A DNA stretch of 11,500 nucleotides from Halalkalibacterium halodurans (GTDB lineage: Bacteria > Bacillota > Bacilli > Bacillales > Bacillaceae_D). The DNA lies in NCBI RefSeq assembly GCF_004376175.1, contig NZ_SNUY01000051.1, forward strand, positions 1 through 11,500, in the 5' to 3' direction. Made by a program: the position numbers and the translations under genes. The notes beneath the pieces were generated by a model that ran no database searches, had not been told where the DNA came from, and saw only the letters and a list, made by a program, of their open reading frames with translations. Positions within the stretch are counted from its first letter, which is position 1; the number at the start of each line of letters is the position of its first letter. Shown here one piece after another: positions 1-8,277 of the stretch.

Positions 1-602
1 TGGAACTTCCGGTAAATGTAGCGTACTTTCAGCGATTGTGGATCTTCTTTAAATTGTTTTTTCTCTTTTTTGGTCATGGCGCTCAAGTTTTTTTGATAAT
101 AGGTACACATATCATTTTTGCACTTAAACACGTGAAAATCTTTTCGTTCTTTAATTTTTTCAAGCGGTTTAAGGCAGTGAGGACACTTAAGAATGGCCTC
201 TTTCTGATAACGACTTTTTTTATTGAAAACACACGAACACACCTTACACTGATATTGTCCTTTTCCTCCGTTATTTGCGTACAAATACGCAGAAGGAGCA
301 CCACACTTCGGACAACATAAGGTAGACGGTACGGGCGTAGAATTCGCTCGTCGCTGTACTGGTTTTAACGGTTTCCCTTTGGATTGAAGGTGTTCCGCTA
401 ATAAAAGCTGATAATCGAGCCTTTCTAGTTTTTCAATGATAGGTAAATCATCAATTTGAAGCTTTCGATAAGGCTGATTAACAGGAGCTTCTTTTGGTTT
501 ATCGAACATGCTTTTTCCAATCAAAAGAGTAAGCAAAGTTCGAATAATTTGTTCTTGATAGTTTATAAAAGTTAATAAATAGGTTATAATTTGAGGGTAC
601 AA
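1..602 (-). CDS. Partial (N-terminal ~200 aa) double zinc-ribbon protein, probably the N-terminus of an IS transposase; the C-terminus lies beyond the left window edge
   Basis: Hand translation of the minus strand gives an uninterrupted frame from 602 down to base 1. It is absent from the track because there is no stop inside the window. Translation: (TTG)YPQIITYLLTFINYQEQIIRTLLTLLIGKSMFDKPKEAPVNQPYRKLQIDDLPIIEKLERLDYQLLLAEHLQSKGKPLKPVQRRANSTPVPSTLCCPKCGAPSAYLYANNGGKGQYQCKVCSCVFNKKSRYQKEAILKCPHCLKPLEKIKERKDFHVFKCKNDMCTYYQKNLSAMTKKEKKQFKEDPQSLKVRYIYRKF... It contains two Cys4-type ribbons (CPKC..CKVC and CPHC..CKNDMC). An in-frame TAG at 653-651 bounds the frame upstream. The TTG at 602-600 follows AAGGAAGTGA, with GGAAG ending 7 nt upstream. 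The first ATG is at 509-507 and has only a weak SD. The transposase call rests on architecture only; I do not recognise the family. Confidence 0.6.
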   Translation of the reverse strand, partial: MYPQIITYLLTFINYQEQIIRTLLTLLIGKSMFDKPKEAPVNQPYRKLQIDDLPIIEKLERLDYQLLLAEHLQSKGKPLKPVQRRANSTPVPSTLCCPKCGAPSAYLYANNGGKGQYQCKVCSCVFNKKSRYQKEAILKCPHCLKPLEKIKERKDFHVFKCKNDMCTYYQKNLSAMTKKEKKQFKEDPQSLKVRYIYRKF

Positions 603-768
603 ATTGTCACTTCCTTTTCTGGAATTGGGTGTTGTGGTAACCTCAATTATCTACAGAATTTAAGGGGGTGGCAATTTTTTTGCTTATAAAGCCCTCTAAT
701 ATAGGATTTAATAACCTATTTTTATATAAAGTTTTGACAATACGACTTCTATCATGGGAGAGTTTCAT

Positions 769-1830
769 ATGAAAATCCTATTCACCTTTTACCTCGCAAC
801 CGGTGGTGTCGTTACTTTAAACCGCCATCGATATCATGCTTTACAAAGTGATGAATGTGAGTGTCATTTTTTATATTTAAAAAACGGCTCAGGACTAAAT
901 ACAATGGGCGATGCGAGAACTTATGTAACAAATGATGATGAAGACATTAAGGCACTCCTCTATGGGAAACAATACGATGTCATTGTCGTTACGTTAGATT
1001 TTTTGTTTGTGAACAGATTACGTCGCCTCGGATATAAAGGGAAAATTATTTTCGATGTGCAAGGGTTTGGCACGGGCATCAAAGAATTATTCGATAAAGC
1101 GAACGATCATATTACAGGGGAAGTAGATGCGATCTTGTCACCTAAAACACCCCATTTAGAGCAGATAATCGCACAACACTTCCCCTCTACTCCAGCCTTT
1201 CATTTTCACAACTGCATAACGTTTTCTATGTTTACTACTAATCCACAATCAAAGCCAAAACGAACGATTATCGGTTGGGTAGGCCGAATCGAAGAAAATA
1301 AAAACTGGAGATACTTCTTACAAATCGGTGAGAAGTTGCTTAAAGAGGATCCATCGCTAGAGCTTTGGATATTTGAAGATCCTAAAGCAGCAAACCCGAG
1401 CGAAAAAAAGCATTTTCACAGTGTGGTGAAAAAATTAAAGCTAAGAAGTCATATGCGTTCACTACAGAATGTTCCTTATGAACGAATGGCTGAATTTTAT
1501 TCTTTAATCGGTCGTTCCGGTGGCTTTCTTTGTTCTACCTCCAAAAAAGAAGGCTTTGGGTATGCCGTTCTTGAAGCAATGTGCTGCAAATGCCCAGTAG
1601 TATGTACCGATTCAGATGGAATTAAAAGCTTCGTCATCGATGAACAAACAGGTTTAATTATTCCTCACAACAACGTTCCCGCCTCTGTCAATAAAGCACA
1701 GCGATTGTTAAGGGATAAACAATTTCAAAATCAATTAACATCCAATGCACGAAATTATGTCCATGAACATTTTAGCCCTGAGTTGTATCGGGATCATTTT
1801 CAGCAGATGCTTCAGTTCATTGGACTATAG
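769..1830 (+). CDS. Glycosyltransferase, GT4 (GT-B fold, retaining) family
   Basis: The C-terminal half carries the classic GT4 E-x7-E signature (KKEGFGYAVLEAMCCKCPVVCTDSDGIKSFVIDEQTGLII). The N-terminus MKILFTFY...GG is typical of the family. I prefer ATG 769 (GGGAGAG SD ending 6 nt upstream) over the track start at 754. The stop is TAG, ending at 1830. Confidence 0.85.
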   Translation: MKILFTFYLATGGVVTLNRHRYHALQSDECECHFLYLKNGSGLNTMGDARTYVTNDDEDIKALLYGKQYDVIVVTLDFLFVNRLRRLGYKGKIIFDVQGFGTGIKELFDKANDHITGEVDAILSPKTPHLEQIIAQHFPSTPAFHFHNCITFSMFTTNPQSKPKRTIIGWVGRIEENKNWRYFLQIGEKLLKEDPSLELWIFEDPKAANPSEKKHFHSVVKKLKLRSHMRSLQNVPYERMAEFYSLIGRSGGFLCSTSKKEGFGYAVLEAMCCKCPVVCTDSDGIKSFVIDEQTGLIIPHNNVPASVNKAQRLLRDKQFQNQLTSNARNYVHEHFSPELYRDHFQQMLQFIGL

Positions 1831-1959
1831 CACTAAATTGATTTTTTTGTCCTGATCTCCTATATGAGTCCACCCCTTTTATTTAAAGGATGAATATAAA
1901 AAGTGAAGAAGGATCTAATTTCCTTTTTATCTCTGTATAAAAGGAGGGAGATCATTTTT

Positions 1960-2115
1960 ATGGCTCATACGAGACTACATGCATGTCGACAAAATATCCG
2001 ACGCACTGCACAAAGCATCAGATTATGTCGCACGTTACGTGCCGAAGTTCGTGCTGATTTAAGACAATGTCGTGAAGCCTTAAGCGAATGTCGACAACAA
2101 ACACAATCTTCATAA
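1960..2115 (+). CDS. Mini-protein A, 51 aa, Arg/Cys-rich heptad-repeat (predicted coiled-coil) protein of unknown function
   Basis: The SD AAAGGAGGGAG (1940-1950) ends 9 nt before ATG 1960. The track start at GTG 1903 has no SD. Product: MAHTRLHACRQNIRRTAQSIRLCRTLRAEVRADLRQCREALSECRQQTQSS. Cys residues sit at 9, 23, 37 and 44. L/I occurs three residues before most Cys, and Arg follows every Cys. It is a paralogue of the next ORF. Confidence 0.6.
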   Translation: MAHTRLHACRQNIRRTAQSIRLCRTLRAEVRADLRQCREALSECRQQTQSS

Positions 2116-2141
2116 TCCTTTTTCAGGAAAGGAGGAACTTC

Positions 2142-2315
2142 ATGAATCCAGAATTACGTGAATGCCGTGAACAGTTGAGACAACGAAGAAACCAATTACG
2201 TCAGTGTCGTCAAGGGCTTGCGGACGCGCGTGCGGCAAGAGCAGAGTGTCGTGAGAACTTAAGAGAGTGCCGCGAGCCGTATAATGTTGCAACGATTTTT
2301 AATATCAATGTGTAA
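2142..2315 (+). CDS. Mini-protein B, 57 aa, Arg/Cys-rich heptad-repeat (predicted coiled-coil) protein, paralogue of mini-protein A
   Basis: The SD AAAGGAGG (2128-2135) ends 6 nt before ATG 2142, which lies 26 nt after the stop of mini-protein A. Product: MNPELRECREQLRQRRNQLRQCRQGLADARAARAECRENLRECREPYNVATIFNINV. It reads as heptads ELRECRE/QLRQRRN/QLRQCRQ/GLADARA/ARAECRE/NLRECRE. Cys residues sit at 8, 22, 36 and 43. A terminator follows. Confidence 0.65.
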   Translation: MNPELRECREQLRQRRNQLRQCRQGLADARAARAECRENLRECREPYNVATIFNINV

Positions 2316-2325
2316 TCATTTTCTT

Positions 2326-2361
2326 AAGAGGGGAAACATCACATCCCCTCTTTCTTTTTTT
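2326..2361 (+). terminator. Rho-independent terminator closing the mini-protein bicistron
   Basis: Perfect 9-bp stem AAGAGGGGA (2326-2334) / TCCCCTCTT (2344-2352) with a 9-nt loop, running into a T-rich tail (TTTCTTTTTTT). It starts 11 nt after the stop of mini-protein B. Confidence 0.8.
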
Positions 2362-2501
2362 ATGTACCTCTCCTTTCTCTTCGGTATCTTCTACTGACGC
2401 CCAAAAGGGTGAAAACAAGGCGACTATTATGTACAAACCACCATGTTTTTCATAGACTAGTATGACTTTTATTAGGTGAATGCTAACCAGGAGAGAGGAC
2501 C

Positions 2502-4271
2502 GTGCTAAATGTTGACATTCTTTTGCTCTGTTGTGTCATTATCACGATGTTTGTTGCGTTAATTAAAGAGTGGTTCGTACCAGAATTAACAGTTTTTTTT
2601 GCTTTATCCTCTTTAGTGTTGTTTAATGTTTTAACTCCTGGAGAAGCGCTGAATGGATTTGCAAATACCGGCGTTCATACGGTGGCGTTGCTGTTCGTCA
2701 TTGCTGCCGCTGTTTCCAAAAGTGATGTACTTCATCAGTTAATGAAGTGTGTGTTGCATCAAACAACGAACCTTTCAACGATTCTGTGCCGATTGATGAT
2801 TCCCGTCAGTAGTCTATCAGCGTTTATGAACAACACACCGATCGTGACCATGCTTATTCCGACCGTACAACAGTGGGCGATTTCCAATAAGATTAATCCA
2901 TCAAAGCTTCTTATCCCCTTGTCCTATGCCGCCATCTTAGGGGGAACGATCACATTGATTGGGACCTCAGGTAACCTAGTAATCCACGGACTCATGCTCG
3001 ATAAAGGGATTGACGGCTTTTCCATGTTTGATTTTGCTTATTTCGGCATTCCTTTAACGATCGTAGGCATTCTTTACATGGTGCTACTGGGGCATCGCTT
3101 TTTACCAGATCGAGAGCACCATGTCGCCGAACTTCAGGATACGGAACAAAGCTACATGTTCCAATTCATCGTTGAAACGTCGTCACCATTAATCGGGAAA
3201 ACAATCAAAGAAGGCATGTTACGAAACCTCGATCAGCTCTTTCTTATTCAGGTTATTCGCGAAGGAAAACGGATCGTTCCTGCCCCTAATGACGAACCGA
3301 TTCATCCCGAAGATATTCTAATTTTTTCAGGAAGTGCCGACGGGTTAATCCAATTAAAAATGATTCCTGGCTTATCGTTATTATCCGATGGGAAATACCC
3401 GTCGTTACCGGAAAACCATGCCCTAGTGGAGGTTGTGGTCTCCAGCACATCATCCCTTGTCTCGAAAAAAATCAATGAGACGAATTTCCGCGAAAAATAT
3501 GAGGCAGCCATTGTGGCCGTACAACGAAAACATAAAAAAATCCGCTCAAGAATCGGTGATATTGTCATCAAACCTGGAGATACTCTTTTACTTCTGACAG
3601 GCAAACACTTCTTATCCAGGTGGTCCGATTCAGATGATTTTTATGTCTTATCGCCAATAAAAAAAATAGCCGTTCGTCCCGTTTATGAGCGCAGGATCGT
3701 GATCGGAGTGTTGCTAATGATCGTCCTAGGCTCTGCCTTTCAATTGCTGTCCATTTTCAAACTATGTCTCATCGGTGTCGCGATCTTAATCTTCTCTAAC
3801 GTTTTAACAATGGCTGATGTTAAAAAAGCGATCAATTGGAACGTTATCATTCTTATGGGCAGCTCCATCGGTATCGGAACCGCCGTCGAAAAAACAGGCT
3901 TGGCAACGCTCCTTGCCGGGGGTATTTCTTTCGTGCAAACAGCGGTAGGTTTAGCAGGAATCCTTGTCATGTTCTTTATTGTTACGCTCATTTTGACAGA
4001 AATCATTAGTAACTTAGCCACAGCAGCGTTTATGTTTCCAATTGGCTACTCTATTTCCTTACAGCTACAGCTTGATCCGAGCATGCTTGCCATGGTGACC
4101 GCGATTGCTGCTTCATGCAGCTTTCTTTCTCCGATCGGCTATCAAACTAACCTTCTCGTCTATGGTCCTGGAGGGTATAAATTTACAGACTATGTAAAGG
4201 TCGGCTTGCCCCTCACCATTTTATGTATGATCGTGACGATCGGATTAAGTATGTATAAATGGCTGATGTAA
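2502..4271 (+). CDS. SLC13/DASS-superfamily anion permease with two central TrkA-C (RCK-C) domains; context suggests a sulfate transporter
   Basis: 589 aa. Multi-pass hydrophobic N- and C-terminal halves flank two soluble repeats with the TrkA-C pattern (…VETSSPLIGKTIKEGMLRN…ILIFSGSADGL… and …VEVVVSSTSSLVSKKINETNFREKYEAAIVAVQRKHKKI…GDTLLLLTG…). The GTG start at 2502 follows AGGAGAGAGGA. The next gene, cysC, begins 23 nt after its stop. The substrate is inferred from neighbours only. Confidence 0.8.
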   Translation: MLNVDILLLCCVIITMFVALIKEWFVPELTVFFALSSLVLFNVLTPGEALNGFANTGVHTVALLFVIAAAVSKSDVLHQLMKCVLHQTTNLSTILCRLMIPVSSLSAFMNNTPIVTMLIPTVQQWAISNKINPSKLLIPLSYAAILGGTITLIGTSGNLVIHGLMLDKGIDGFSMFDFAYFGIPLTIVGILYMVLLGHRFLPDREHHVAELQDTEQSYMFQFIVETSSPLIGKTIKEGMLRNLDQLFLIQVIREGKRIVPAPNDEPIHPEDILIFSGSADGLIQLKMIPGLSLLSDGKYPSLPENHALVEVVVSSTSSLVSKKINETNFREKYEAAIVAVQRKHKKIRSRIGDIVIKPGDTLLLLTGKHFLSRWSDSDDFYVLSPIKKIAVRPVYERRIVIGVLLMIVLGSAFQLLSIFKLCLIGVAILIFSNVLTMADVKKAINWNVIILMGSSIGIGTAVEKTGLATLLAGGISFVQTAVGLAGILVMFFIVTLILTEIISNLATAAFMFPIGYSISLQLQLDPSMLAMVTAIAASCSFLSPIGYQTNLLVYGPGGYKFTDYVKVGLPLTILCMIVTIGLSMYKWLM

Positions 4272-4294
4272 CATGATCAAAAGGAGTGACTTAC

Positions 4295-4921
4295 ATGAAA
4301 TCAAACAGCCAAGATGCTGCCAATATCGTTTGGCATCCACAGCTCGTGACGAAAAAAGCTCGAAACCAATCAAATGGTCATAAAAGTATGATGATTTGGT
4401 TTACCGGATTATCCGGATCAGGTAAATCAACGATTGCCAATGCCCTACAATCTGAGCTATTTAAACGAGGCATTCAAGTGTATGTGTTGGACGGAGACAA
4501 TCTCCGTCACGGAATAAATACCAACCTTTCCTTCTCTATGGAAGATCGAAAAGAAAATATTCGCCGAACAGCAGAAGTAGGCAAACTTTTCGTTGATGCG
4601 GGTCTGGTCGTTCTGGCCGCGCTCATTTCACCAGTAGAAGAGGAGCGGCAACGGGCACGATCACGTTTTGCAGAGGACGAATTCCTTGAAGTGTATGTTA
4701 GCTGTACATTGCAAGAGTGTGAAAAGCGTGATCCTAAAGGACTTTACAAAAAGGCGCGTAAAGGGGAAATCCCTCAATTTACAGGGATTCATCAGCCATA
4801 TGAAGAACCGAAAAACCCTGACATTTGTATCGATACGACAGATCGTACGGTGGAACAATCAATGCAAATCATTCTGCCGATTATATTAGAAAAAATCGCG
4901 TGGAAGAAGGGAAAGCAGTGA
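4295..4921 (+). CDS. cysC: Adenylyl-sulfate (APS) kinase
   Basis: P-loop [11 protein letters not shown], followed by [18 protein letters not shown] and [18 protein letters not shown] motifs characteristic of APS kinase. I prefer ATG 4295 (AAAGGAGTGA SD) over the track start GTG 4286, which lies inside that SD. Confidence 0.93.
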   Translation: MKSNSQDAANIVWHPQLVTKKARNQSNGHKSMMIWFTGLSGSGKSTIANALQSELFKRGIQVYVLDGDNLRHGINTNLSFSMEDRKENIRRTAEVGKLFVDAGLVVLAALISPVEEERQRARSRFAEDEFLEVYVSCTLQECEKRDPKGLYKKARKGEIPQFTGIHQPYEEPKNPDICIDTTDRTVEQSMQIILPIILEKIAWKKGKQ

Positions 4922-6057
4922 CACTGAGCATTCCCCACGGTGGATCATTAATTGATCGCACGGTAACGTCCCTTGATTTGTCTTCACTTTCAGCAGAGAT
5001 TGAATTAGATTCGATCGCTTTCTCCGATTTAGAGCTCCTCGCAAACGGAGCCTATAGCCCGCTAACAGGGTTTATGAATAAAAAAGATTACGAGTCTGTG
5101 GTGAAGACTATGCGCTTAGCCGATGGAACCGTTTGGAGCCTACCGATCACACTACCAATAACGGAAGAAACGGCTGAGTCCTTACGTATCGGCGATCAGG
5201 TAAAGCTTACCTACAATCAGACTGACTACGGAGTCTTATACCTAAAGGAGCTTTATGTTCCAGATAAAACATCGGAAGCCATGCACGTTTTTCAAACGAC
5301 CGATCACGACCATCCTGGTGTTCAACGGTTGTTTAAACGCGGAGATGTTTACGCTGCTGGACCGATTCACCTTATCCAACATCCAGCGCGAAACGATCAA
5401 TGGGCACATTATTATCGTTCCCCAAAAGAGACACGAGCTGAGTTTTCAAGACGTCAATGGAACACCGTCGTTGGCTTTCAAACGCGAAACCCGGTCCATA
5501 GAGCCCATGAATATATTCAAAAATGTGCCCTTGAAAGCGTCGATGGTCTCTTGTTGCATCCACTTGTCGGTGATACGAAAAAGGATGACATCCCTGCTGC
5601 CATTCGGATGGAAAGCTATGACGTGTTGTTGAAACATTATTATGCGAAAGATCGCGTTTATTTATCGGTGTTCCCGGCAGCCATGCGATATGCGGGGCCG
5701 AGAGAAGCTGTTTTTCATGCCATTGTCCGAAAAAATTACGGTTGCACCCACTTTATTGTTGGACGCGATCACGCCGGAGTTGGTGATTATTATGGCACCT
5801 ATGATGCTCAACAAGTTTTCACTCAATTTCCTCAAGCTGAACTTGGGATTCACATTCTTCCGTTCGAGCATAGCTTCTACTGTAAAAAGTGTGGAAGCAT
5901 GGCGAGCGCGAAAACGTGTCCGCACAAAAAAGAACATCACCTCCATTTATCAGGGACAAAGGTTCGTGAAATGCTGAGATCCGGAGTAAAGCCACCGCCG
6001 GAATTTAGTCGCCCTGAGGTCATTGACGTGTTAATGAAAGGATTAAGGAACACGTAA
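4918..6057 (+). CDS. sat: Sulfate adenylyltransferase (ATP sulfurylase)
   Basis: The product starts [14 protein letters not shown], matching the Bacillus Sat N-terminus pattern (..PHGG.L..R). Other motifs: [19 protein letters not shown] and a C-terminal [18 protein letters not shown] 4918 overlaps the cysC TGA stop (GTGA at 4918-4921), implying translational coupling. The 31 upstream codons of the track ORF lie inside cysC and are discarded. Confidence 0.93.
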   Translation: MTLSIPHGGSLIDRTVTSLDLSSLSAEIELDSIAFSDLELLANGAYSPLTGFMNKKDYESVVKTMRLADGTVWSLPITLPITEETAESLRIGDQVKLTYNQTDYGVLYLKELYVPDKTSEAMHVFQTTDHDHPGVQRLFKRGDVYAAGPIHLIQHPARNDQWAHYYRSPKETRAEFSRRQWNTVVGFQTRNPVHRAHEYIQKCALESVDGLLLHPLVGDTKKDDIPAAIRMESYDVLLKHYYAKDRVYLSVFPAAMRYAGPREAVFHAIVRKNYGCTHFIVGRDHAGVGDYYGTYDAQQVFTQFPQAELGIHILPFEHSFYCKKCGSMASAKTCPHKKEHHLHLSGTKVREMLRSGVKPPPEFSRPEVIDVLMKGLRNT

Positions 6058-6088
6058 AAGCATCCTCCTCCAAGGGGGATGCTTTTTA
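6058..6088. terminator. Shared (bidirectional) terminator hairpin between convergent sat and topB
   Basis: GCATCC (6060-6065) pairs with GGATGC (6077-6082). It is preceded by AAAA and followed by TTTTT (6083-6087), so either strand reads hairpin plus U-tract. It overlaps the topB stop at 6086-6088. Confidence 0.7.
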
Positions 6089-8251
6089 TGACTCCACAGG
6101 TTGAAACCCTAGTTTCTTCTTTTCTTTATCCCAATACAACTTCGCATCAAAGGTGTCATCTCCTTTTTTTAACCCTTTGATCACGTTCGTTGCCTCACCT
6201 TGGAGCAGCTTTTTGACATTGGCTTGTGATAGACGTTTGCCTAGGATTGTTTTACTAATCGTGAACCGGCAGCTCTTTGCCTCATAATTCGTACAGCCAT
6301 AAAACTCTCCCCGATCTAGAAGTTTTCCATCGCAGGCAAGGCATGATCCTACATATGTCGGTCGCCTTTTTTTCCTCTTTTTCGTTTTCTCCTCGAGCGC
6401 TTCTTGATCAAAGGATGAAAAATCCCACGTATTCGCGCGCTGATGCGCCTCTTTAACCAAATGATCGGAAAGCTTTTTTACTTGCTCCATAAAGGCGTGA
6501 GCATCTGCTTGACCACGTCCGATCTCAAAAAGGCGCTGTTCCCATTTTGCTGTCATTTCTGGTGACGCAAGCAGGCTAGGGCCCAAAGCTTCGATGAGTA
6601 GCTTCCCTTTCTCTGTTGCATAGACGACATTTTTTTTGATTTCAATGTACTGCCGGTCTTTGAGCAATGTAATAATCCCTGCCCTTGTCGCCTCTGTCCC
6701 GAGTCCTTCTGTTCGCATCAACACTTTCTCAAGTTCATCATCTTCCACATGCTTTCCGACCGTCTTCATTAATGTGATCAGCTGACCTTCCGTATACCGG
6801 CTCGGTGGCTTCGTTTTGCCCTCACGTACATCAGCGTGCTTCACATCACCCGTCCACCCTTCCTCTAATGGGGGAATGTCCTCATCCTTGTCATGCTTTG
6901 ATAAACCGATGATTTGTTTCCATCCTTGGTCGAGGAGTTGCTTTCCTTTCGTTAAAAAGGTCGCTCTCTCGTCAACGAGGGTTTCCACTTCCGTGTATGC
7001 GATCTTCGCTTCTCGCATGTGGGCTGCAAGAAATTGGCGAACGATCAAATCATAGAGGAGTTGTTCATCCTTGGCTAACGTTTGAACTTTTGGGACATCA
7101 TCTGTCGGTATGATCGCATAGTGATCCGTCACTTTACTCTGGTTCACGTACCGCCGATCTTGAAGCAAGTTATCCCGATCGAGTGGGAATAGGGAGGCGT
7201 ATGCGTCCTCCTGTTTGAGTAGCTGCACAATTCGCTTAGCTGCCTTCCCTTCTTCGGCTGTTAAAAAGCTAGAGTCGGTCCGGGGATAGGAAATATGACC
7301 TTTAACATATAATTTTTGCGCCACATCGAGGGTTTTTTTCGGAGAAAAGGTAAATCGTTTATTTGCTGTTGCTTGCAAACTTGAAAGATTGAACAAGTAA
7401 GGTGGTTTGAGCGTTTTCGTTTCCTTTTTAACCTTTGTTACCTTTCCCTGTTTTCCACGACAGAAGGCGGCAATTGCCTCAGCCATTGGCTGATCAAATA
7501 AACGCGTCTCCCTGTCTTTATGCCAAATGCCTTCATACTCATGTCCTTGGACGCGAAACGTCGCTTTCACTTCCCAAAACGGCTTTGACTCGAACGCTTC
7601 AATTTCTTTCTCCCGTTTAACAATCAGCGCAAGGGTCGGTGTCTGTACACGCCCTGTTGAAAAAAGACTATCGACGCCTTTTTTCTTTAATAAAAGGGTA
7701 TAAGCACGCGTCACATTCATCCCAATTAACCAATCTGCGCACGAACGACTAAGGGCTTCATGATAAAGTGGTTCTGTTGATTCAGCTGATTTTAATTGGT
7801 GAAATCCACTAACCACAGCCTGCTTCGTTAACGATGACAGCCACAAACGGCTCGTCTTCTTCTTTACCCTGCATTGTTTTAAGATGAGACGAACGATCAG
7901 TTCCCCTTCACGCCCCGCATCACCAGCCATAACAATTTCTGTTACCTCCTTGCGATGGACGAGGGAGCGAATCACCTGAAATTGATCTTTTTTCCCTCTA
8001 GAGACCCTGTGGACAAATGATTGCGGAATCAATGGCAGCGCCTCAAGCGTCCACTTTTTCCAAGACGGATCGTACTGTTCTGGGGGACAAAGCTCACACA
8101 AATGACCCACCGCCCACGTAAAAAAAGCGCCTGCTGGAAACTGATCACATGGGGCGACCTCTACATAGCCACGCTTATTACGATGAGGAAATGGAGCCGC
8201 TAGCTTCATTCCTTGATCTGGCTTTTCTGCAATGACAACAACCGCTCCCAT
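6086..8251 (-). CDS. topB: DNA topoisomerase III (type IA)
   Basis: TOPRIM N-terminus (VVVIAEKPDQ…, AGDAGREGELI), type IA core motifs (GRVQTPTL) and the active-site Tyr context GHISYPRTDS. The C-terminal Cys4 ribbon is CLACDGK…YGCTNYEAKSC. I prefer ATG 8251-8249 (AAAGGAGA SD, 6-nt spacing) over the track start at 8299. Confidence 0.93.
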   Translation of the reverse strand: MGAVVVIAEKPDQGMKLAAPFPHRNKRGYVEVAPCDQFPAGAFFTWAVGHLCELCPPEQYDPSWKKWTLEALPLIPQSFVHRVSRGKKDQFQVIRSLVHRKEVTEIVMAGDAGREGELIVRLILKQCRVKKKTSRLWLSSLTKQAVVSGFHQLKSAESTEPLYHEALSRSCADWLIGMNVTRAYTLLLKKKGVDSLFSTGRVQTPTLALIVKREKEIEAFESKPFWEVKATFRVQGHEYEGIWHKDRETRLFDQPMAEAIAAFCRGKQGKVTKVKKETKTLKPPYLFNLSSLQATANKRFTFSPKKTLDVAQKLYVKGHISYPRTDSSFLTAEEGKAAKRIVQLLKQEDAYASLFPLDRDNLLQDRRYVNQSKVTDHYAIIPTDDVPKVQTLAKDEQLLYDLIVRQFLAAHMREAKIAYTEVETLVDERATFLTKGKQLLDQGWKQIIGLSKHDKDEDIPPLEEGWTGDVKHADVREGKTKPPSRYTEGQLITLMKTVGKHVEDDELEKVLMRTEGLGTEATRAGIITLLKDRQYIEIKKNVVYATEKGKLLIEALGPSLLASPEMTAKWEQRLFEIGRGQADAHAFMEQVKKLSDHLVKEAHQRANTWDFSSFDQEALEEKTKKRKKRRPTYVGSCLACDGKLLDRGEFYGCTNYEAKSCRFTISKTILGKRLSQANVKKLLQGEATNVIKGLKKGDDTFDAKLYWDKEKKKLGFQPVES

Positions 8252-8277
8252 AACCAATCTCCTTTTCCAAATCATTA

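Noticed and set aside
36-320. Track ORFs 36-320 (+) and 83-304 (-)
   Set aside because: Both overlap the much longer open minus-strand frame (1-602), which encodes a coherent zinc-ribbon protein. Their translations are low-complexity, F/K-rich shadow sequences.
734-762. Perfect TTGACA at 734-739 as the -35 of a promoter for the glycosyltransferase
   Set aside because: The only -10-like hexamer (TATCAT, 750-755) is just 10 nt away. At 17-nt spacing the sequence is GGGAGA, which is the SD.
1831-1959. Sporulation-sigma (SigK/SigE/SigG) promoter upstream of the mini-protein bicistron, and a weak hairpin AGAAGGA-N7-TCCTTTT (about 1906-1926) as the GT4 terminator
   Set aside because: I found no CATAnnnTA or CATACA-T match at appropriate spacing. 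The hairpin relies on a G:T pair and A:T pairs and has a poor U-tract. Whether GT4 and the mini-genes are co-transcribed stays open.
2429-2455. 8-codon ORF MYKPPCFS upstream of the permease (contains Pro-Pro-Cys)
   Set aside because: It has only a weak AAGG upstream and no associated terminator/antiterminator structure. It is too short to distinguish from chance.
1960-2501. Idea that the Cys-rich mini-ORFs are leader peptides sensing cysteine supply for the downstream sulfate operon
   Set aside because: The last Cys codon is about 55 nt before the terminator stem, and the stop codon precedes the stem. I found no alternative antiterminator pairing. Both ORFs have strong independent SDs and conserved paralogous structure, which fits real proteins better. 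About 140 nt also separate the terminator from the permease start.
2362-2501. Riboswitch (S-box/SAM), T-box or CymR operator upstream of the permease
   Set aside because: The region is too short for a T-box. I could not find the conserved S-box core or an ATMGGAATT-like CymR half site, and no convincing -35/-10 pair either. I cannot exclude a regulator site that I do not recognise.
3302-4021. Antisense ORFs 3302-3604 and 3740-4021 inside the permease gene
   Set aside because: They lie wholly within a well-supported 589-aa CDS on the opposite strand. They have no SD and no recognisable motifs.
4661-5977. Six overlapping ORFs within cysC/sat (4661-4858, 4668-4889, 5255-5632, 5372-5563, 5446-5637, 5642-5977, 5662-5946)
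   Set aside because: These are alternative-frame or antisense shadows of two genes with unambiguous enzyme motifs. They have no start-site signals.
6816-8203. Plus-strand ORFs 6816-7055, 7435-7620 and 8021-8203, antisense to topB
   Set aside because: They are embedded in a clearly conserved topoisomerase III CDS. Their composition (S/P/R/C-rich) is typical of antisense frames.
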